A DNA stretch of 64,000 bases from an uncultured Oscillospiraceae bacterium. GTDB lineage: Bacteria; Bacillota; Clostridia; Oscillospirales; Ruminococcaceae. A program made the position numbers and the translations under genes. Below the pieces are notes generated by a model that saw only the letters and a list, made by a program, of their open reading frames with translations, had not been told where the DNA came from and did not search any database. Positions 62,456-64,000 of the stretch are shown piece after piece; positions within the stretch are counted from its first letter, which is position 1; every line of letters starts with the position of its first letter. The stretch is from contig CAJUMS010000006.1 in NCBI GenBank assembly GCA_910587465.1, forward strand, positions 1,822 through 65,821, written 5' to 3'.

Positions 62456-62550
62456 AGACAGCATTTTTTGCAAGCACGTTCAAGGCAGCTGCCTTAGTGC
62501 AAGGCGTGGATTCGAACCCGCATTAGCCGTCATAGCTGCTGTTGCTGTCT
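62456..62550 (-). ncRNA. Array unit G: Y-RNA-like stem-loop with a TPsiC-like arm
   Basis: AGACAGCA/TGCTGTCT closing stem; AACAGCA motif; GCGGGTTCGAATCCACGC. Confidence 0.65.
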
Positions 62551-62555
62551 AAAAC

Positions 62556-62626
62556 TCGGCGCATTTTTAACAGCGGTAAGCCGAAGCCCCATCTCCGTTC
62601 CCCTGAAATAATGCGGTTAACGCCGA
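62556..62626 (-). ncRNA. Array unit F
   Basis: TCGGCG/CGCCGA closing stem; TAACCGCA motif variant. Confidence 0.55.
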
Positions 62627-62648
62627 AAAAGTATTCGTACATCGTAAC

Positions 62649-62745
62649 ACGGCGCGTTTGGTGATGCTCTACCCACTGAGCTACGGGAAAATTCCCGGCG
62701 GGAGTCGAACCCGCGACACTCATAAATCACTGCTGTCTGCGCCGT
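62649..62745 (-). ncRNA. Array unit E: circularly permuted tRNA mimic (YrlA-like)
   Basis: ACGGCGC/GCGCCGT stem; AGACAGCA; T-arm GCGGG-TTCGACT-CCCGC; closed acceptor CGGGAA-TT-TTCCCG; TA; D-arm GCTC-AGTGGGTA-GAGC; GTGAT/ATCAC stem. Confidence 0.8.
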
Positions 62746-62749
62746 TCTC

Positions 62750-62827
62750 TCGGCTCGGTTTTCATACGGGACCCAAGGGCGAAAACCCGATGAGCACCCC
62801 GCGTCACAAAAATGCCGTACGAGCCGA
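62750..62827 (-). ncRNA. Array unit D
   Basis: TCGGCTCG/CGAGCCGA stem; GTACGGCA motif; internal hairpins. Confidence 0.6.
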
Positions 62828-62851
62828 ATTGTTGTTTGATTATTTATTTGC

Positions 62852-62909
62852 AAGGCACACTATTCATCATTATGGTTATGATCTTTTTACTCACTGCTGC
62901 CTGTGCCTT
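62852..62909 (-). ncRNA. Array unit C
   Basis: AAGGCACA/TGTGCCTT stem; AGGCAGCA motif. Confidence 0.6.
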
Positions 62910-62927
62910 AATATTTCGTACGGATAC

Positions 62928-63013
62928 ACGGTGCCACAAATGATTTCTCGGATAACTCCGAAAATAACCCGTTTAGGGATCATTTGAGGTTCTTCAGACG
63001 CTGTGCGCACCGT
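62928..63013 (-). ncRNA. Array unit B
   Basis: ACGGTGC/GCACCGT stem; GCACAGCG motif; internal CAAATGAT/ATCATTTG helix. Confidence 0.6.
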
Positions 63014-63027
63014 ATCTTCTTGTGTGC

Positions 63028-63087
63028 ACGGCTCGTCGGGAGACCCCGAATTTCGTTACTGGAAATATTTTCTGTTGTACGAGCCGT
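63028..63087 (-). ncRNA. Array unit A
   Basis: ACGGCTCGT/ACGAGCCGT 9-bp stem; GTACAACA motif. Confidence 0.6.
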
Positions 63088-63094
63088 AATTTGG

Positions 63095-63541
63095 TTATCC
63101 GTTCAATTCCCTTGCAAGCTCGGGGGCTATGTACGCATATCCCTCGTGAGTGGTGGTGAAGAAAAGCACCGCGCCGCCGCTGTCGAGGAAAGTTATATCG
63201 TCAAGCCCGAAGTCCGTCTCACGGACACTGCCAAAACCATTTTCGTCCGTCATGCTGCGGAAAAAGCCTTCATATCTCCGAAGATGGTGGAAGAACGCAT
63301 CATCCGCGCTTATTGTGAATTTCAGAGAGCCGCGCCCGCCCTGTTTTGTTCCGTGCCATTTGTTGACGCGTTCTTTTTTTATCAGGAACGGCATAGCCGC
63401 CTTGATGAGCGGTTTGTCTAAGTCCGCGCCGCATATCTGCACTATCTCGATCGTCCGCGTTCTCTTTTCGAGAATGCCAAGCAGCCTCAAATGCTGCTTG
63501 TGAGAGGTAAGCCGTATGCTCCCCATATTTCTCCTTATCAC
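63095..63541 (-). CDS. Hypothetical protein in the rtcB-Ro-like operon
   Basis: AAGGAG SD + GTG; 148 aa; same strand as its neighbours. Confidence 0.65.
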   Translation of the reverse strand: MIRRNMGSIRLTSHKQHLRLLGILEKRTRTIEIVQICGADLDKPLIKAAMPFLIKKERVNKWHGTKQGGRGSLKFTISADDAFFHHLRRYEGFFRSMTDENGFGSVRETDFGLDDITFLDSGGAVLFFTTTHEGYAYIAPELARELNG

Positions 63542-63602
63542 GACTCCTTTTTACGGGGGTTTTCAGTTCCCTGCTATAAATGCCGTATGAGCTGAGAGCC
63601 GT
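63540..63602 (-). ncRNA. Array-like unit H between rtcB and the hypothetical gene
   Basis: TCAGCTC-ATACGGCATTT resembles unit D (TCGGCTC-GTACGGCATTT); ACGGCTC/GAGTCGT stem overlaps the downstream SD. Confidence 0.5.
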
Positions 63603-63607
63603 TCCGC

Positions 63608-64000
63608 TTATCCCTTGACCACTCCTATCGTGAACAGCTTCTTGACTGCCTCGGTAAGGTCGGTCTGATTAGCCATTACCTGATCTATATCCTTGTAGGC
63701 GAACCGAGACTCCTCGGCAACGTCGGATTTGTTGTGTTTGGCGAGGACCACTTTCTGCTCTTTAAGGTCGCACATAACGCTCTCCACGGAGAAATTCGCG
63801 ACTGCCGCCGTTCTCGAATACGCTCTCCCCGCGCCGTGCGAGCTGGACATAAAGCTCATATGCTCGCCCTTTCCGCGGACTATGTAGCTGAACGAGCCCA
63901 TAGCGCCCGGGATTATCGCAAGCTCGCCCTCTCGCGCTCGTATAGCCCCCTTTCGGTGAACATAAACGTTCTTTCCGTAGTGGTTCTCGATTGCCGCATA
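63608..64000 (-). CDS. rtcB: RNA ligase RtcB, C-terminal part (5' end outside the window)
   Basis: E.HYG..VYVHRKGA, IIPGAMG, SSSHGAGR..SR, EE...AYKDID.V, VVKG*. Confidence 0.93.
   Translation of the reverse strand, partial: YAAIENHYGKNVYVHRKGAIRAREGELAIIPGAMGSFSYIVRGKGEHMSFMSSSHGAGRAYSRTAAVANFSVESVMCDLKEQKVVLAKHNKSDVAEESRFAYKDIDQVMANQTDLTEAVKKLFTIGVVKG

Noticed and set aside
62649..62745. Canonical tRNA gene
   Set aside because: The T-arm precedes the D-arm; there is no anticodon loop, no open acceptor stem and no CCA.
62523..62987. Short ORFs 62523..62723, 62617..62853 and 62658..62987
   Set aside because: No convincing SD or protein motifs; the sequence is better explained by RNA structure.
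62456..63087. CRISPR array interpretation of the repeated units
   Set aside because: Repeats are not near-identical, the period is irregular, each unit closes on itself around the variable part, and no cas genes are nearby.
1..64000. Mobile elements or prophage
   Set aside because: No transposase, integrase, relaxase or phage structural genes recognised.

Overview
Core-genome-like window from a spore-forming, chemotactic Clostridia-class Firmicute; gene content suggests Ruminococcaceae/Oscillospiraceae (inference). It holds about 65 CDS, including mnmE, a short SecA paralogue, GH130, spoVAC/D/E, coaX plus an ECF S-component, clpB, an MCP, GH5, maf, ppa, murA, dapL, serC/serA, a K+/H+ antiporter, mtaB, fused purL and an ECF sigma pair. 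It also holds the RNase P RNA gene. No rRNA, canonical tRNA, CRISPR array or transposase was seen. The most notable locus is at the right end, on the minus strand: rtcB (partial), then a 148-aa unknown ORF, then a ~630-nt non-coding array of seven stem-closed RNA units, then a Ro60/TROVE-like vWA protein (DUF2828-type). An eighth unit lies just after rtcB. All units share a 5' signature of roughly WCGGCNC-NNACAGCA but carry different internal cargo. One unit is a clear circularly permuted tRNA mimic (YrlA-like) and another has a TPsiC-like loop. Other hidden elements are a par/Fst-like type I toxin-antitoxin locus whose toxin has a TAG in place of the usual Trp, an unannotated 45-aa zinc-ribbon microprotein divergent from an XRE regulator, a candidate sRNA, WalR-type boxes at a 3D-domain autolysin gene, and a structured purL leader. 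All family assignments come from motif recognition by eye, not database searches.
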